From the IMG/VR virus record IMGVR_UViG_3300035135_002479, positions 1 to 25,204 of that record: DNA of 25,204 bases; one strand, given 5' to 3'. The position numbers were made by a program, and so were the translations under genes. Below, in pieces: positions 8,302 to 17,752 of this stretch. Within the stretch, counting starts at the first letter, position 1; every line of letters begins with the position of its first letter. The DNA comes from a virus. Taxonomy: Duplodnaviria; Caudoviricetes. Under the pieces are notes generated by a model. It was not told the DNA's origin. It did no database searches and was given only the letters and a program-made list of their open reading frames with translations.

Positions 8302-9149
8302 AAATTCTCGTAACAGGAGGAGCTGGTTTTATAGGAACCAACCTCATCAAAAGATTATTAAAAGAAGGTCATGAAGTGGTATCACTTGATGATTATGAAA
8401 CTGGACTTCAAGAAAATGAAGTTGAGGGAGCAACATATGTAACGGGTGATATAGAATCACTTATGTATTGGAAAGGTGAAGATTTTGATTTAGTGTATCA
8501 TTTAGCAGCACTTAGTAGAATCCAACCTTCATTCGAGGACCCAACAGAATGTTTTAGAGTAAATGCACAAGGTTCACAAGTTGTGGCTGAATGGGCAAGA
8601 TTAAATGATGTAAAGGTAGTTTACGCTGGTTCATCTTCGAGATGGCACGACCCATTTCAATCACCTTACGCTTGTTTTAAGCATATGGGTGAAGAAGTAT
8701 TTAAACTTTATAGAAAAACATATGGATTAGATGCTGAGATTTGTAGATTCTACAATGTATATGGACCCGATGAAATCATAGAAGGTGATTGGGCAGCAGT
8801 GATTGGTATATGGAGGAGACAAGTTAGAGATGGTGAAAAGATTACAATCATTGGAGATGGAGAACAAAGAAGAGATTTCACTCATGTTGTTGATATCGTA
8901 GATGCATTATACAAAGTAGGTATGGGTGACCAAAAACACGAAGATGCTTGGGAACTTGGAACTGGTACAAACTATTCAATCAATGAAGTATTTGGAATGT
9001 TTTTAGAAAAATATCCACAAATAGAATCAGTTTACTTACCAGACCAACCAGGTAATTACAGAAAAACTCTAAGAGAAAATGATGATACATTAGAGAGATT
9101 AGATTGGAAACCAGAAGATAGATTAAGAGAATATATTCAATCACTATGA
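8298..9149 (+). CDS. NAD-dependent nucleotide-sugar epimerase/dehydratase (extended SDR)
   Basis: TGGAGFIG, HLAA, YAGSSS, YxxxK (YACFK), RFYNVYGP, GDGEQRRDFTHV. Confidence 0.92.
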   Translation: MKILVTGGAGFIGTNLIKRLLKEGHEVVSLDDYETGLQENEVEGATYVTGDIESLMYWKGEDFDLVYHLAALSRIQPSFEDPTECFRVNAQGSQVVAEWARLNDVKVVYAGSSSRWHDPFQSPYACFKHMGEEVFKLYRKTYGLDAEICRFYNVYGPDEIIEGDWAAVIGIWRRQVRDGEKITIIGDGEQRRDFTHVVDIVDALYKVGMGDQKHEDAWELGTGTNYSINEVFGMFLEKYPQIESVYLPDQPGNYRKTLRENDDTLERLDWKPEDRLREYIQSL

Positions 9150-9979
9150 TAGGAATAGTAGGGCAGGGATTTGTAGGTAATGCAGTTTACCAAAAGTTTA
9201 AAAAGTATTATGATGTTTTAACAAATGATTTAGATAAAAGTAAATCAACTTCAACATTAGAAACTTTGGTATCGAGTTGTGATGTAATATTTTTATGTTT
9301 ACCAACTCCTATGAAGAAAAATGGTAAATGTGATGTTTCTATTGTAGAAAATGTATTACAAGAAATTGATTTACTTACAGATAATTATGAAACTAAAAAA
9401 ACAATTGTAATCAAATCAACAATTGTACCTGGTACTACTAACAAGTGGAATGATGTATATGAATCATTAGATATCGTATTTAATCCAGAGTTTCTTACAG
9501 AAAGAAATGCAGTAAAAGATTATGATAATCAGAGTAGAATTATATTAGGAGGACCAAGACCTGCTACAACAGAACTGAAACAAATCTTTTCAAAAGTATT
9601 TCCAAAAGCAACAATAATCAAAACAGATTCAACTCATGCAGAGATGGTAAAATACTTAACAAATAATTTTCTTTCAGTAAAAGTATCATTTGCAAATGAG
9701 ATTTATCAACTATGCGATAAGTTAAATATTGATTATGATAAGGTTGTTGAATATGCAACTTATGATGAAAGATTAGGAAAATCTCATTGGGGAGTTCCTG
9801 GTCACGATGGTGATTTTGGATTTGGTGGACATTGTTTTCCAAAAGATTTAGCAGCAATATTACATCTTTCTGATGAACTAAATACAATTAACAATGTTCT
9901 TCATGCCACACAAGATACTAACGATGAGGTTAGAAAGAATAGAGATTGGGAAGGAATGAAAGGTAGAGCAGTATCATGA
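9146..9979 (+). CDS. ugd: UDP-glucose/GDP-mannose dehydrogenase family, lacking the C-terminal domain
   Basis: GQGFVG, CLPTP, IKSTIVPGTT, FNPEFL, AEMVKY..N and GFGGHCFPKD (catalytic Cys). Only 277 aa. Confidence 0.85.
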   Translation: MIGIVGQGFVGNAVYQKFKKYYDVLTNDLDKSKSTSTLETLVSSCDVIFLCLPTPMKKNGKCDVSIVENVLQEIDLLTDNYETKKTIVIKSTIVPGTTNKWNDVYESLDIVFNPEFLTERNAVKDYDNQSRIILGGPRPATTELKQIFSKVFPKATIIKTDSTHAEMVKYLTNNFLSVKVSFANEIYQLCDKLNIDYDKVVEYATYDERLGKSHWGVPGHDGDFGFGGHCFPKDLAAILHLSDELNTINNVLHATQDTNDEVRKNRDWEGMKGRAVS

Positions 9980-10707
9980 GTAAAAATTTAATATTCATAC
10001 CAGCGTATAATGGATTTGATACAGAATGGCCAGAATGTATTGAATCATGGAAATATTATTGTAAGAAACATAATATCGAATTAATCGTTGCAAATGAGAA
10101 ACGAGAATATGATTTCGAACCATGGGGTAATGGATGCTTCGAACCATGGTGGGATGAACGATTAGTAGAAATGGATTACGATAAAGTAATTCTTATTGAT
10201 TCAGATACTATGATTAGGTGGGATGCTCCAAATATATTTGAAGTAGGCAAGGATAAAGAAATATGTGTTGTAGCTGATGCAGGTGGTGCAAATACTGGTG
10301 GATATCATTTAAATCAATGGAAAGATTTAAATCCAAATATCAAAACTCCAGCAGAAAAGTATTTTAATACTGGTTTTGTATTTTTATCAAAAGAAAAATA
10401 TTTAGGTATCAAAGAACAAATGCCTAAGTACTATGAGTTTTGGTCATCATTTTATAAGAATGGACCTGAAGGACCTAATGCTTGTGAACAAACACCAGTA
10501 AATATTTTATCATATGAACTTTATGAAGATGAAGTACATCATTTAGATTACAAATGGAACAATATGGTAATGAGTAAATATGATGATGGTTCTTTTATAA
10601 ATGATTCTTATATTTGGCATTTTACTGGTCCCAAAATGGGAGGACATAAAAACAAAGGAACTATTATAACTCAGATTTGGAATTACGTTAAAGAAAACTA
10701 TGAGTAA
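9976..10707 (+). CDS. GT8-like glycosyltransferase
   Basis: VILIDSDTMI (DxD), YFNTGFV, EQTPVN, KWN and IWHFTGPK, in canonical GT8 order. Confidence 0.8.
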   Translation: MSKNLIFIPAYNGFDTEWPECIESWKYYCKKHNIELIVANEKREYDFEPWGNGCFEPWWDERLVEMDYDKVILIDSDTMIRWDAPNIFEVGKDKEICVVADAGGANTGGYHLNQWKDLNPNIKTPAEKYFNTGFVFLSKEKYLGIKEQMPKYYEFWSSFYKNGPEGPNACEQTPVNILSYELYEDEVHHLDYKWNNMVMSKYDDGSFINDSYIWHFTGPKMGGHKNKGTIITQIWNYVKENYE

Positions 10708-11443
10708 ACTACCAATATCAGTTGGGATACTTTCGTGGAACGCACCACAAACTTTAGTTGAAACTCTCACTTCATATTTTGAACGAGAGTTTTTACATAA
10801 TATAAACGATGTATGTATTCTTTTTAACGAAGTATCTGAACAAGATAAACAAGTTGCAGAACACTTTGGTATTCCTTATATTGGTAAAGAAACAAATGTT
10901 GGTATAGGTAAGGGATTTTTAGAACTTACAAAACAATGTAAAACAGATAATGTTTTAATTTTAGAACATGATTGGCAATTGATAGAAGATTTACCAACAA
11001 CATTAGAAAGATTACAAAGTGGATTGGATTTATTAAATAGTGGAGTAGATGTAGTTAGATATAGACATCGAAGAAATCCAGGTTATCCTCACTTTTCTTT
11101 TAAATACAAAGGTCAAGAATTAGATTATTATGATGATTGGCATGAATGTACTTCACCTCATTTATTAGATGCTATTCATTGGATAGAAGAACCAGAAAAA
11201 GATTTTGAAGGTTTGATTGGTAAGAACGGTGAGTATTTTACAACAACCTCTCGATATGGTAATTGGACTAACAATCCTTGTTTGTATAAAAAGGATTTTT
11301 ATTTAAAAGTTATCGAACCATTTATGGGAGAAGGAATTGATTTAGAACGAAAGATTGCATATTGGTGGCCAAGGCAAGATTTTAAAGTAGTTCATGGTGA
11401 AGGACTGTTTACACACAAGGATACAGCAAAATATGGTAAATAA
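10700..11443 (+). CDS. GT2-like glycosyltransferase
   Basis: ISVGILSWN, NVGIGKG, NVLILEHDW, WTNNPCLY. Confidence 0.6.
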   Translation: MSKLPISVGILSWNAPQTLVETLTSYFEREFLHNINDVCILFNEVSEQDKQVAEHFGIPYIGKETNVGIGKGFLELTKQCKTDNVLILEHDWQLIEDLPTTLERLQSGLDLLNSGVDVVRYRHRRNPGYPHFSFKYKGQELDYYDDWHECTSPHLLDAIHWIEEPEKDFEGLIGKNGEYFTTTSRYGNWTNNPCLYKKDFYLKVIEPFMGEGIDLERKIAYWWPRQDFKVVHGEGLFTHKDTAKYGK

Positions 11444-12101
11444 AATTAGAAATGGTGTTGTTTGGATTAGTACACCTAAGTGTGCAACTTCTACTTGTGC
11501 AAAACATTTAGAAGAGTTTTGTGATTGGAAAGGAATGAAATACACAGAACGTAACAGACATGGTGTAATGGCTCCTAAGAACTATGTAAACTTAGGACAT
11601 TTATTTAGTGGAGATGTAAATTGGGAAGTAGTTAAAAACGATGATAGAGCAGTAATTGGTTCAATACGAAATCCAATGGATAGATTTATATCTCATTATT
11701 TACATCATATTAGTTTTGGAGATAGATTCAAAGGATATGAAAAAAATGTATCAAAGTTTTATTTAGAAAACAATGGTAATACAACATTTGAAGAAGGATT
11801 TGGTACTTTAAACAATTATATGGTAAAGTATCTTGGAGTGGGAGATGATGAAGTTTGGGATTCTGAATTACTAAAAAAGAAATATGATTTCTTCTTTGTT
11901 TCAGAAGAGATTCCTCAAAGCTTAGAGAATTTTAAAAAATATACTGGTTATAATTTTAAGAACAAAGAATTAAAAACAAACATTGCAGATAAACCAAGAA
12001 TATACAAATCAAAAAAATTCAAAGAAGAGTTTATAAAAAATAATGAAAATGATTATGAACTTTACAATTTTATATTAGAAAACTATGGATTCAAAAAATA
12101 A
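11433..12101 (+). CDS. Sulfotransferase family 2 (HNK-1/chondroitin carbohydrate sulfotransferase-like)
   Basis: 5'-PSB motif PKCATST, 3'-PB motif RNPMDRFISHY and C-terminal NENDYELY. ATG 11433 (11-nt overlap) is preferred over 11394 because it places the PSB motif near the N-terminus. Confidence 0.78.
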   Translation: MVNKIRNGVVWISTPKCATSTCAKHLEEFCDWKGMKYTERNRHGVMAPKNYVNLGHLFSGDVNWEVVKNDDRAVIGSIRNPMDRFISHYLHHISFGDRFKGYEKNVSKFYLENNGNTTFEEGFGTLNNYMVKYLGVGDDEVWDSELLKKKYDFFFVSEEIPQSLENFKKYTGYNFKNKELKTNIADKPRIYKSKKFKEEFIKNNENDYELYNFILENYGFKK

Positions 12102-12771
12102 TTTTTCAGTACATTATCAAACTTGGAAAAACAAAAAGGCAGTTCATAAGGTTCTAACTGAATTTAGAAATTACTTTCCAAATAACCCAATCAGATTGGT
12201 TTCTGATAATGGAGAAACTTATAACGATTATGTTGATGAGTTTAATGTAGTATATGATTTTAAAAATTCTAATGTTTTTCCAGGTGGAAGGTTTGGTAAT
12301 ATTTCACATTGTTATGAGTGGTTAGATAGAGTAAATGAAACTTGCCAAATGTTTGATACCGAGTGGGTAGTTATATTTGAAGATGATGTACTAACTCAAT
12401 CGGATAAAATAGAATACCCATATTCAGATGCAGGTGGATTCATTGTAAATAGATGGACACCAACATTAGAGTTTGAATTAAAATTAAGAAATAACTTGAA
12501 TCTTAATTGGGGATATGGAATGTGTGGTGGTTCTATTTTTAAAAGAAGGGCGTTTTTAGATTCATATAAAAAATTAGATGAGTTTCCATTAGAAAAATTA
12601 TCTAAAATGGATGATAGAATTATCGGTTGGTCTGATACTCTTATAAATTGTTTTTTACAATACTTTGGATACACTTATCAAATTTGGGATGGTATGGATG
12701 ATATGAGTTATCCAAGCTATAATCCCAAAGAAGGTGCGGTTTTTGTTCATGGTTATAAAGAATTATATTAA
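12085..12771 (+). CDS. GT-A glycosyltransferase-like protein
   Basis: IRLVSDNG, EWVVIFEDDV, GGSIF, C-terminal FVHGYK. Confidence 0.6.
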   Translation: MDSKNNFSVHYQTWKNKKAVHKVLTEFRNYFPNNPIRLVSDNGETYNDYVDEFNVVYDFKNSNVFPGGRFGNISHCYEWLDRVNETCQMFDTEWVVIFEDDVLTQSDKIEYPYSDAGGFIVNRWTPTLEFELKLRNNLNLNWGYGMCGGSIFKRRAFLDSYKKLDEFPLEKLSKMDDRIIGWSDTLINCFLQYFGYTYQIWDGMDDMSYPSYNPKEGAVFVHGYKELY

Positions 12772-13868
12772 TGTACGATTATTTAATAGTTGGTAGTGGA
12801 TTTTTTGGTTCAATATGTGCAAGAGAACTTACTGATAGTGGTAAGAAAGTTTGTGTAATTGAAAACAGAAATCATATTGGTGGTAATTGTTATACATCTA
12901 AAAGAGATGGAATAAACGTACACGATTACGGCCCACATATATTTCATACTTCAAATGAAGAAGTTTGGAAGTGGATAAATCAATACGTTGAATTTAATGA
13001 TTTTACTCTAAGGCCTGTTGCAAATTATCAAGGTGAGATTTATTCTTTACCTTTTAATATGTGGACATTCTCTAAATTATGGGGAATTACTCATCCATAT
13101 CAAGCAAAAGAAATTATAGAAGAACAAAGTTCTCATATAGATAACCCAAAAAACTTAGAAGAACAAGCAATCAAACTTGTTGGTAAAGATGTATATGAAA
13201 AGTTAATCAAAGGATATACAGAAAAACAATGGAGAAAGGATGCAAAGGATTTACCAAAAGAAATAATCAAAAGGTTACCTGTAAGATTTAGTTATGATAA
13301 TAATTACTTCAACGATAAGTATCAAGGTATCCCAATCGGTGGATATACTCAGATATTTGAAAAACTTTTAGATGGAATTGAAGTAAGATTAGAAACTGAT
13401 TTTTTCAAATCAGAATTACCAAAGTATAAAAAAGTAATTTATACAGGACCAATTGATAAATACTTTGATTATAAATTCGGTGAGTTAGAGTATAAAACAA
13501 CTAACTTTGAACACAAAAAAATGGATACTGATAATTATCAAGGAGTTGTGATGATGAACTATACAGAAAAGGATGTTCCTTTTACAAGAACCATAGAACA
13601 TAAACACTTTGAAAATACAGAATCAGATTCAACTTGGGTAACTTGGGAATTTCCAACTGAATATAAAGCAGATGAAACAGAACCATATTATCCAGTCAAT
13701 GATAAAGAAAACACAAAGATATATAACAAATATAAAAAACTAGCTGATAAAGAAAAAAATGTTTACTTTGGTGGTAGATTAGCAGAATACAAATACTATG
13801 ATATGCACAAAGTAATTGAATCAGCACTAAATTTTGTTAAGAATATAAATGAAAACAATAAAGGTTAA
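12771..13868 (+). CDS. glf: UDP-galactopyranose mutase
   Basis: FAD motif IVGSGFFG, HIGGNCY, YGPHIFHT, GYTEKQW, RLPVR, YFNDKYQGIP, EPYYP, GRLAEYKYYDM. Confidence 0.97.
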   Translation: MYDYLIVGSGFFGSICARELTDSGKKVCVIENRNHIGGNCYTSKRDGINVHDYGPHIFHTSNEEVWKWINQYVEFNDFTLRPVANYQGEIYSLPFNMWTFSKLWGITHPYQAKEIIEEQSSHIDNPKNLEEQAIKLVGKDVYEKLIKGYTEKQWRKDAKDLPKEIIKRLPVRFSYDNNYFNDKYQGIPIGGYTQIFEKLLDGIEVRLETDFFKSELPKYKKVIYTGPIDKYFDYKFGELEYKTTNFEHKKMDTDNYQGVVMMNYTEKDVPFTRTIEHKHFENTESDSTWVTWEFPTEYKADETEPYYPVNDKENTKIYNKYKKLADKEKNVYFGGRLAEYKYYDMHKVIESALNFVKNINENNKG

Positions 13869-14625
13869 TTGCGAATTTGGCTCTGAACTTGTTTTGAAGT
13901 TCGGTGAAATATACGATACATGGAAAAGGGATAAAGATGTAAAGGTATATACACTTAAAGGTATGAAACCATTTTACTTTTATATAAAAGATGAAAACCT
14001 TATAGAAGAAGATAGAAAAAGAACACTTGGTTCCCCTCCTGGAACAAGATTACACGCTAAGGAACTACCTTCATATTGTAATGAATATCCAAACTTTAGA
14101 CAAAAATATTCAACATATAAATTACCATTTGAAACTAATAGAGAGATAATTTTAATCAGTAACAAATATAATATAGAGTGGAATAAACCACCAATAAATT
14201 TTTTAGATATACCAACGTTAACTGAATTATTCGAAACTCTTAGTAAAAAGTATTTAGTTGTTTATAATAGAATTCAAAGTTCACAAATAGCTGATGATGG
14301 TGCTGCAATAAAAGATTTAGGTGATTATGAATTGGTAGAGAAATATGATAATGTTATTGATTTTAACAAAATAGAATCAGATTATACTCCAAATGAATTA
14401 CAACTAATATTAGTTTCACAAGCAAAACATAAAATATCTGTACAAGGTGGTACAAGTATTTTATCAAGTTTAGGTGGAGGAACAAATGATATTTTTGTAG
14501 TGAAAGGTGGAGAGTTAGAACACGATACGATGAATCTTTGGTATAAGAACTTATCAAATGGTGATATAAAAATTACAACCCATTCAACGTATGAAACTTT
14601 AATAGAAAAGTTTAAAAGAGTATGA
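13849..14625 (+). CDS. Hypothetical protein in the glycan cluster (possibly GT-B-like)
   Basis: 258-aa ORF overlapping both neighbours. Motifs EFGSEL, NKYNIEW, NELQL and ISVQGG; no confident family. Confidence 0.6.
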   Translation: MKTIKVNCEFGSELVLKFGEIYDTWKRDKDVKVYTLKGMKPFYFYIKDENLIEEDRKRTLGSPPGTRLHAKELPSYCNEYPNFRQKYSTYKLPFETNREIILISNKYNIEWNKPPINFLDIPTLTELFETLSKKYLVVYNRIQSSQIADDGAAIKDLGDYELVEKYDNVIDFNKIESDYTPNELQLILVSQAKHKISVQGGTSILSSLGGGTNDIFVVKGGELEHDTMNLWYKNLSNGDIKITTHSTYETLIEKFKRV

Positions 14626-15416
14626 GTAGAGGATATCTGTTTTATGCAATAGGAGATTATTGGTTAGATGAAGCAATAAATCTATCTAAGAGTATCAGAA
14701 AGTTTGGTAATGATAATTATCCAATATCACTAGTAGTTAAGGAAGATGGAATTGAACGAGCTAATAATACAGAATTATTTGATAAATTAATCATATTAAA
14801 TGAAGAGAGTGAGTTATTCACAAAAACAAAATTAAATCATGAGAAGTATGGTGTTATTGCATCTTTCTTCATGTTTGATATTGCACCCTATGATGAAACA
14901 ATGATTATAGATACTGATGTTTTGTGTACCTATGATACGAAAATAGCATGGGAAAAGTTAACATCTAAAGACCAATGTTTCACACCGGTTGGTAGAAATG
15001 TTTCACCTGATTGGCACTTCGGACATAATAAAGAACTTGTTCAATCACTTGGTTTTAATATACCAGAAACACATAATGGGTGTCAAATGATAAAACCAAA
15101 CCATTCTGATGTTCCAAAGTTTGTAGAACATCTTTTATATAGTTGGGACAATTATGATAAATTAGGATTCCAACGAAAATTTAGAGGAGGGGCTTGTCAA
15201 GAAATTAACTTTGGATATGCAAGTGGTAAAATGAATTATGAAGTTATTGAATTTAGTGAAGAACCAATTATGACATTTAATATAAGTGTAGCTACACCAC
15301 TTCCAACAAATATACAAACATTAGATAATAGCACATTATATGATAATATACCATTTATCCATATGTTTAAACCACATAGAAACACTTATTTAGAATTAGT
15401 AAAACGATTATTATGA
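14622..15416 (+). CDS. GT-A glycosyltransferase-like protein (GT8-related)
   Basis: RGYLFYAIG, LSKSIRK, PYDETMIIDTD (DxD), C-terminal PFIH. Confidence 0.65.
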   Translation: MSRGYLFYAIGDYWLDEAINLSKSIRKFGNDNYPISLVVKEDGIERANNTELFDKLIILNEESELFTKTKLNHEKYGVIASFFMFDIAPYDETMIIDTDVLCTYDTKIAWEKLTSKDQCFTPVGRNVSPDWHFGHNKELVQSLGFNIPETHNGCQMIKPNHSDVPKFVEHLLYSWDNYDKLGFQRKFRGGACQEINFGYASGKMNYEVIEFSEEPIMTFNISVATPLPTNIQTLDNSTLYDNIPFIHMFKPHRNTYLELVKRLL

Positions 15417-16207
15417 TTATATTAGGATGTATAACAAAATATAAACCAATAGATATTCAACCTTATGTTGAATCAATAGAAGATAGTGGATATCAAGGTA
15501 GAAAAGTAATGATGGTATATGATATACCAAATGATACAATTGATTACCTTAAAGCAAAAGGATGGGAGTTGTATGGGGGTAATTTAAATCAACATATAAT
15601 CTTACAGAGATTTATTGATTGTTACAAATTACTTGAAAACATGAAAGGTGAAGTGGTGATTTGGACAGATGTAAAAGATGTGATATTTCAGAAAGACCCC
15701 ACAGCTTGGATTGAACAAAACAAGAAGAAACCTATACTTTCATTTTCAGAATGTATCACATTCAAAGATGATGAGTGGGCTTGTACAAATAGTGGAACTT
15801 CTTTTCCAATGGAATGGGAATGGTTACAACATCTACCTTCTTATTGTGCAGGAACTATCGTAGGAGATTCAGAATATCTGAGAGATTTGTTTATCAACAT
15901 TTACAGATGGAGTTTAACAACATCAAATCAAGGTCAATTATCAGACCAAGCAGCATACAATGTATTAATCAATCAAACTCAATATAAAGATATTGTACAA
16001 TTTGTAAATCAAGAAGAAGGATTTGCAACTCAACTTGGAACTGTGTGGGTTAAGAAAGACCACTTTGGTGATAAACTATTAGAACCAACACCAAAGCAAG
16101 AAATAGATGGAAAATTAACAAATCAAAAAGGAGAATCTTTTGTAATAGTTCATCAGTATGATAGAGATGAAAAATTAAAAGAACAAATAACTGAAAAATA
16201 CACATGA
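15413..16207 (+). CDS. GT-A glycosyltransferase-like protein
   Basis: RF..Y, VIWTDVKDVIFQKDP, CAGTIVG, DQAAYN, IVHQYDR. Confidence 0.65.
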   Translation: MIILGCITKYKPIDIQPYVESIEDSGYQGRKVMMVYDIPNDTIDYLKAKGWELYGGNLNQHIILQRFIDCYKLLENMKGEVVIWTDVKDVIFQKDPTAWIEQNKKKPILSFSECITFKDDEWACTNSGTSFPMEWEWLQHLPSYCAGTIVGDSEYLRDLFINIYRWSLTTSNQGQLSDQAAYNVLINQTQYKDIVQFVNQEEGFATQLGTVWVKKDHFGDKLLEPTPKQEIDGKLTNQKGESFVIVHQYDRDEKLKEQITEKYT

Positions 16208-17097
16208 AATTAGTTATACAAATATTTTGTTTACCATATGAAATAGATGATTTAGAAAATACTCTAAATCAATTAAGAAGAGCATCAAAATATATTGATA
16301 AAACAAACGAATGGATATTAGATGTATGTATGTGTACTTCAGATGATATGGTTAACTGGTCTAAATCTTCTTTACCTAAAAAATACTTTGAAGAAAGATT
16401 TTTAAAACTAAGTTGGCAAACTGATTGGTGTATTAAAAACTTTCACACATCAGATGATATAAAAGGATGTGTATCGCATAGGAGACATTGTTTACTTAAA
16501 CATGAACATACTCAATACTTCTTTTGGTTAGATACAGATATTATATTTGATGAAAGAACTCTTTCATATATGGAGAAGGCATTACAACCTATATGGGATA
16601 TCACACCTCTTAACATAATTACACCTGAATTTGTAAGGATTTGGGATAATACTTGGGATGTATTAGTTAATGATGGTTTTATAAAAGAAAAACTTGGATA
16701 TCAAGAAAAAGCAAATCCTTATTTAGATAGTGGTATAAAAGGAGATATTAGTATAGAGAGGGTTGAGAATGTAAACTCACCTCAATCTCGTTTTAAATTT
16801 GCAGGAGGTTGGTTCACTTGTATTAGTGGTAGATTACTTAGAAAGATTGGTGTACCAGAATCATTTGGACATTATGGTTGGGAGGATACTTTTATAATGG
16901 TAGCTTGTGAAAAATTAATGAGAATTGGTAATGATGATATTCAACAATTTAAATTAAAAAACCTCGTAGTTTGTGAAAATTATAAGTACAGAAATAATTC
17001 ACATTATTTAAATAATTTATCAGTATATGATAGACGGCAAGAATTTAAACAAATTGCTGAATCAAATGTTGAAAAAGAATTAGAAAAAATAAAATAA
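16204..17097 (+). CDS. GT2/GT7-like glycosyltransferase
   Basis: FFWLDTDIIFD (DxD), AGGWFTCIS, and GVPESFGHYGWEDT resembling the G(W/Y)GxED acceptor motif. Confidence 0.65.
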   Translation: MKLVIQIFCLPYEIDDLENTLNQLRRASKYIDKTNEWILDVCMCTSDDMVNWSKSSLPKKYFEERFLKLSWQTDWCIKNFHTSDDIKGCVSHRRHCLLKHEHTQYFFWLDTDIIFDERTLSYMEKALQPIWDITPLNIITPEFVRIWDNTWDVLVNDGFIKEKLGYQEKANPYLDSGIKGDISIERVENVNSPQSRFKFAGGWFTCISGRLLRKIGVPESFGHYGWEDTFIMVACEKLMRIGNDDIQQFKLKNLVVCENYKYRNNSHYLNNLSVYDRRQEFKQIAESNVEKELEKIK

Positions 17098-17100
17098 TAT

Positions 17101-17132
17101 AAAACCTCACAAAAAGTGGGGTTTTTTATTTT
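17101..17132 (+). terminator. Rho-independent terminator ending the glycan operon
   Basis: AAAACCTCAC-AAAAA-GTGGGGTTTT hairpin (10 bp including one G-U) running into a T-rich tail, 3 nt after stop 17097. Confidence 0.85.
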
Positions 17133-17140
17133 ATACAAGA

Positions 17141-17148
17141 TATTTATA
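17141..17148 (+). promoter_or_regulatory. TATTTATA motif, candidate promoter of the exported-protein operon
   Basis: Lies just after the terminator and 100 nt upstream of TTG 17249, which has AAGGAG at 17237-17242. Confidence 0.45.
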
Positions 17149-17248
17149 TGAAATATGTTATAGAAACTTGTTACTTCATTAGTTTCAAAAATTAGTTTTA
17201 TTTATCGGTTTCGCAAATAAGTTATGGTAATCTAAAAAGGAGATTACT

Positions 17249-17752
17249 TTGAAAACTTTTGCACAGAGAATCTTGTTAGTGTTAACGTTGATGTTGTTAC
17301 TTTCTTCATCAAATTATAATCCACACGAACAAGACAATTTTATTTCAATCGGAAAGGTAACGAATGAGATTCGTGTAGGACCTTTCGCGGGTAACCCTTC
17401 AATGGCCTATGGAGTTCAAAATATCTTAGAAGAACTCTTAATGGATTTAGATTACGATTTAACGGACAACGCAGACACAAAAATCAACGTAAGGTTGGTA
17501 TTTTTTGATGTCAAAAATATAGGTAAATCAATTGGTATTTACCACAATAAAGTATCACTAACTCAGATTATAGCAATCGGTGAGTTAGAAAAAAATGGTA
17601 AAGTAAAGAAGAGAACTACTCAAAAAGGACAGAGTAAAGAAATCTCTACTTCTACTTTAGTGGTTGCATCTGATGGACAATTTAATCAACAAACGGCTTC
17701 TAACTCATTAAAAAAAGTATTGGAGGCAATTATTAAGGACTTATTAAAATGA
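17249..17752 (+). CDS. Exported protein, compact CsgG/LptE-like alpha/beta fold
   Basis: TTG start with AAGGAG; hydrophobic signal RILLVLTLMLLLSS. Shares G-x-x-NI-x-x-E-x-L and the C-terminal F-x-Q...K-(V/A)-LE helix with 21347-22063. Confidence 0.55.
   Translation: MKTFAQRILLVLTLMLLLSSSNYNPHEQDNFISIGKVTNEIRVGPFAGNPSMAYGVQNILEELLMDLDYDLTDNADTKINVRLVFFDVKNIGKSIGIYHNKVSLTQIIAIGELEKNGKVKKRTTQKGQSKEISTSTLVVASDGQFNQQTASNSLKKVLEAIIKDLLK

Noticed and set aside
11394-11432. Upstream start for the sulfotransferase
   Set aside because: It would give a 50-nt overlap. ATG 11433 fits the family N-terminus and the short overlaps seen elsewhere.
4001-17097. Ordinary bacterial O-antigen/capsule locus
   Set aside because: No multi-TM flippase/polymerase or initiating transferase, and it is interrupted by solo groES and phage-type genes. 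A cellular origin cannot be fully excluded from this window alone.
17148-17230. 15-codon ORF (MKYVIETCYFISFKN, 17148-17195) and weak hairpins (GAAACT/AGTTTC; TTATTT/AAATAA) in the 100-nt leader
   Set aside because: The ATG overlaps the putative promoter box and the stems are only 6 bp and AT-rich. This is not enough to call a leader peptide, riboswitch or ncRNA.
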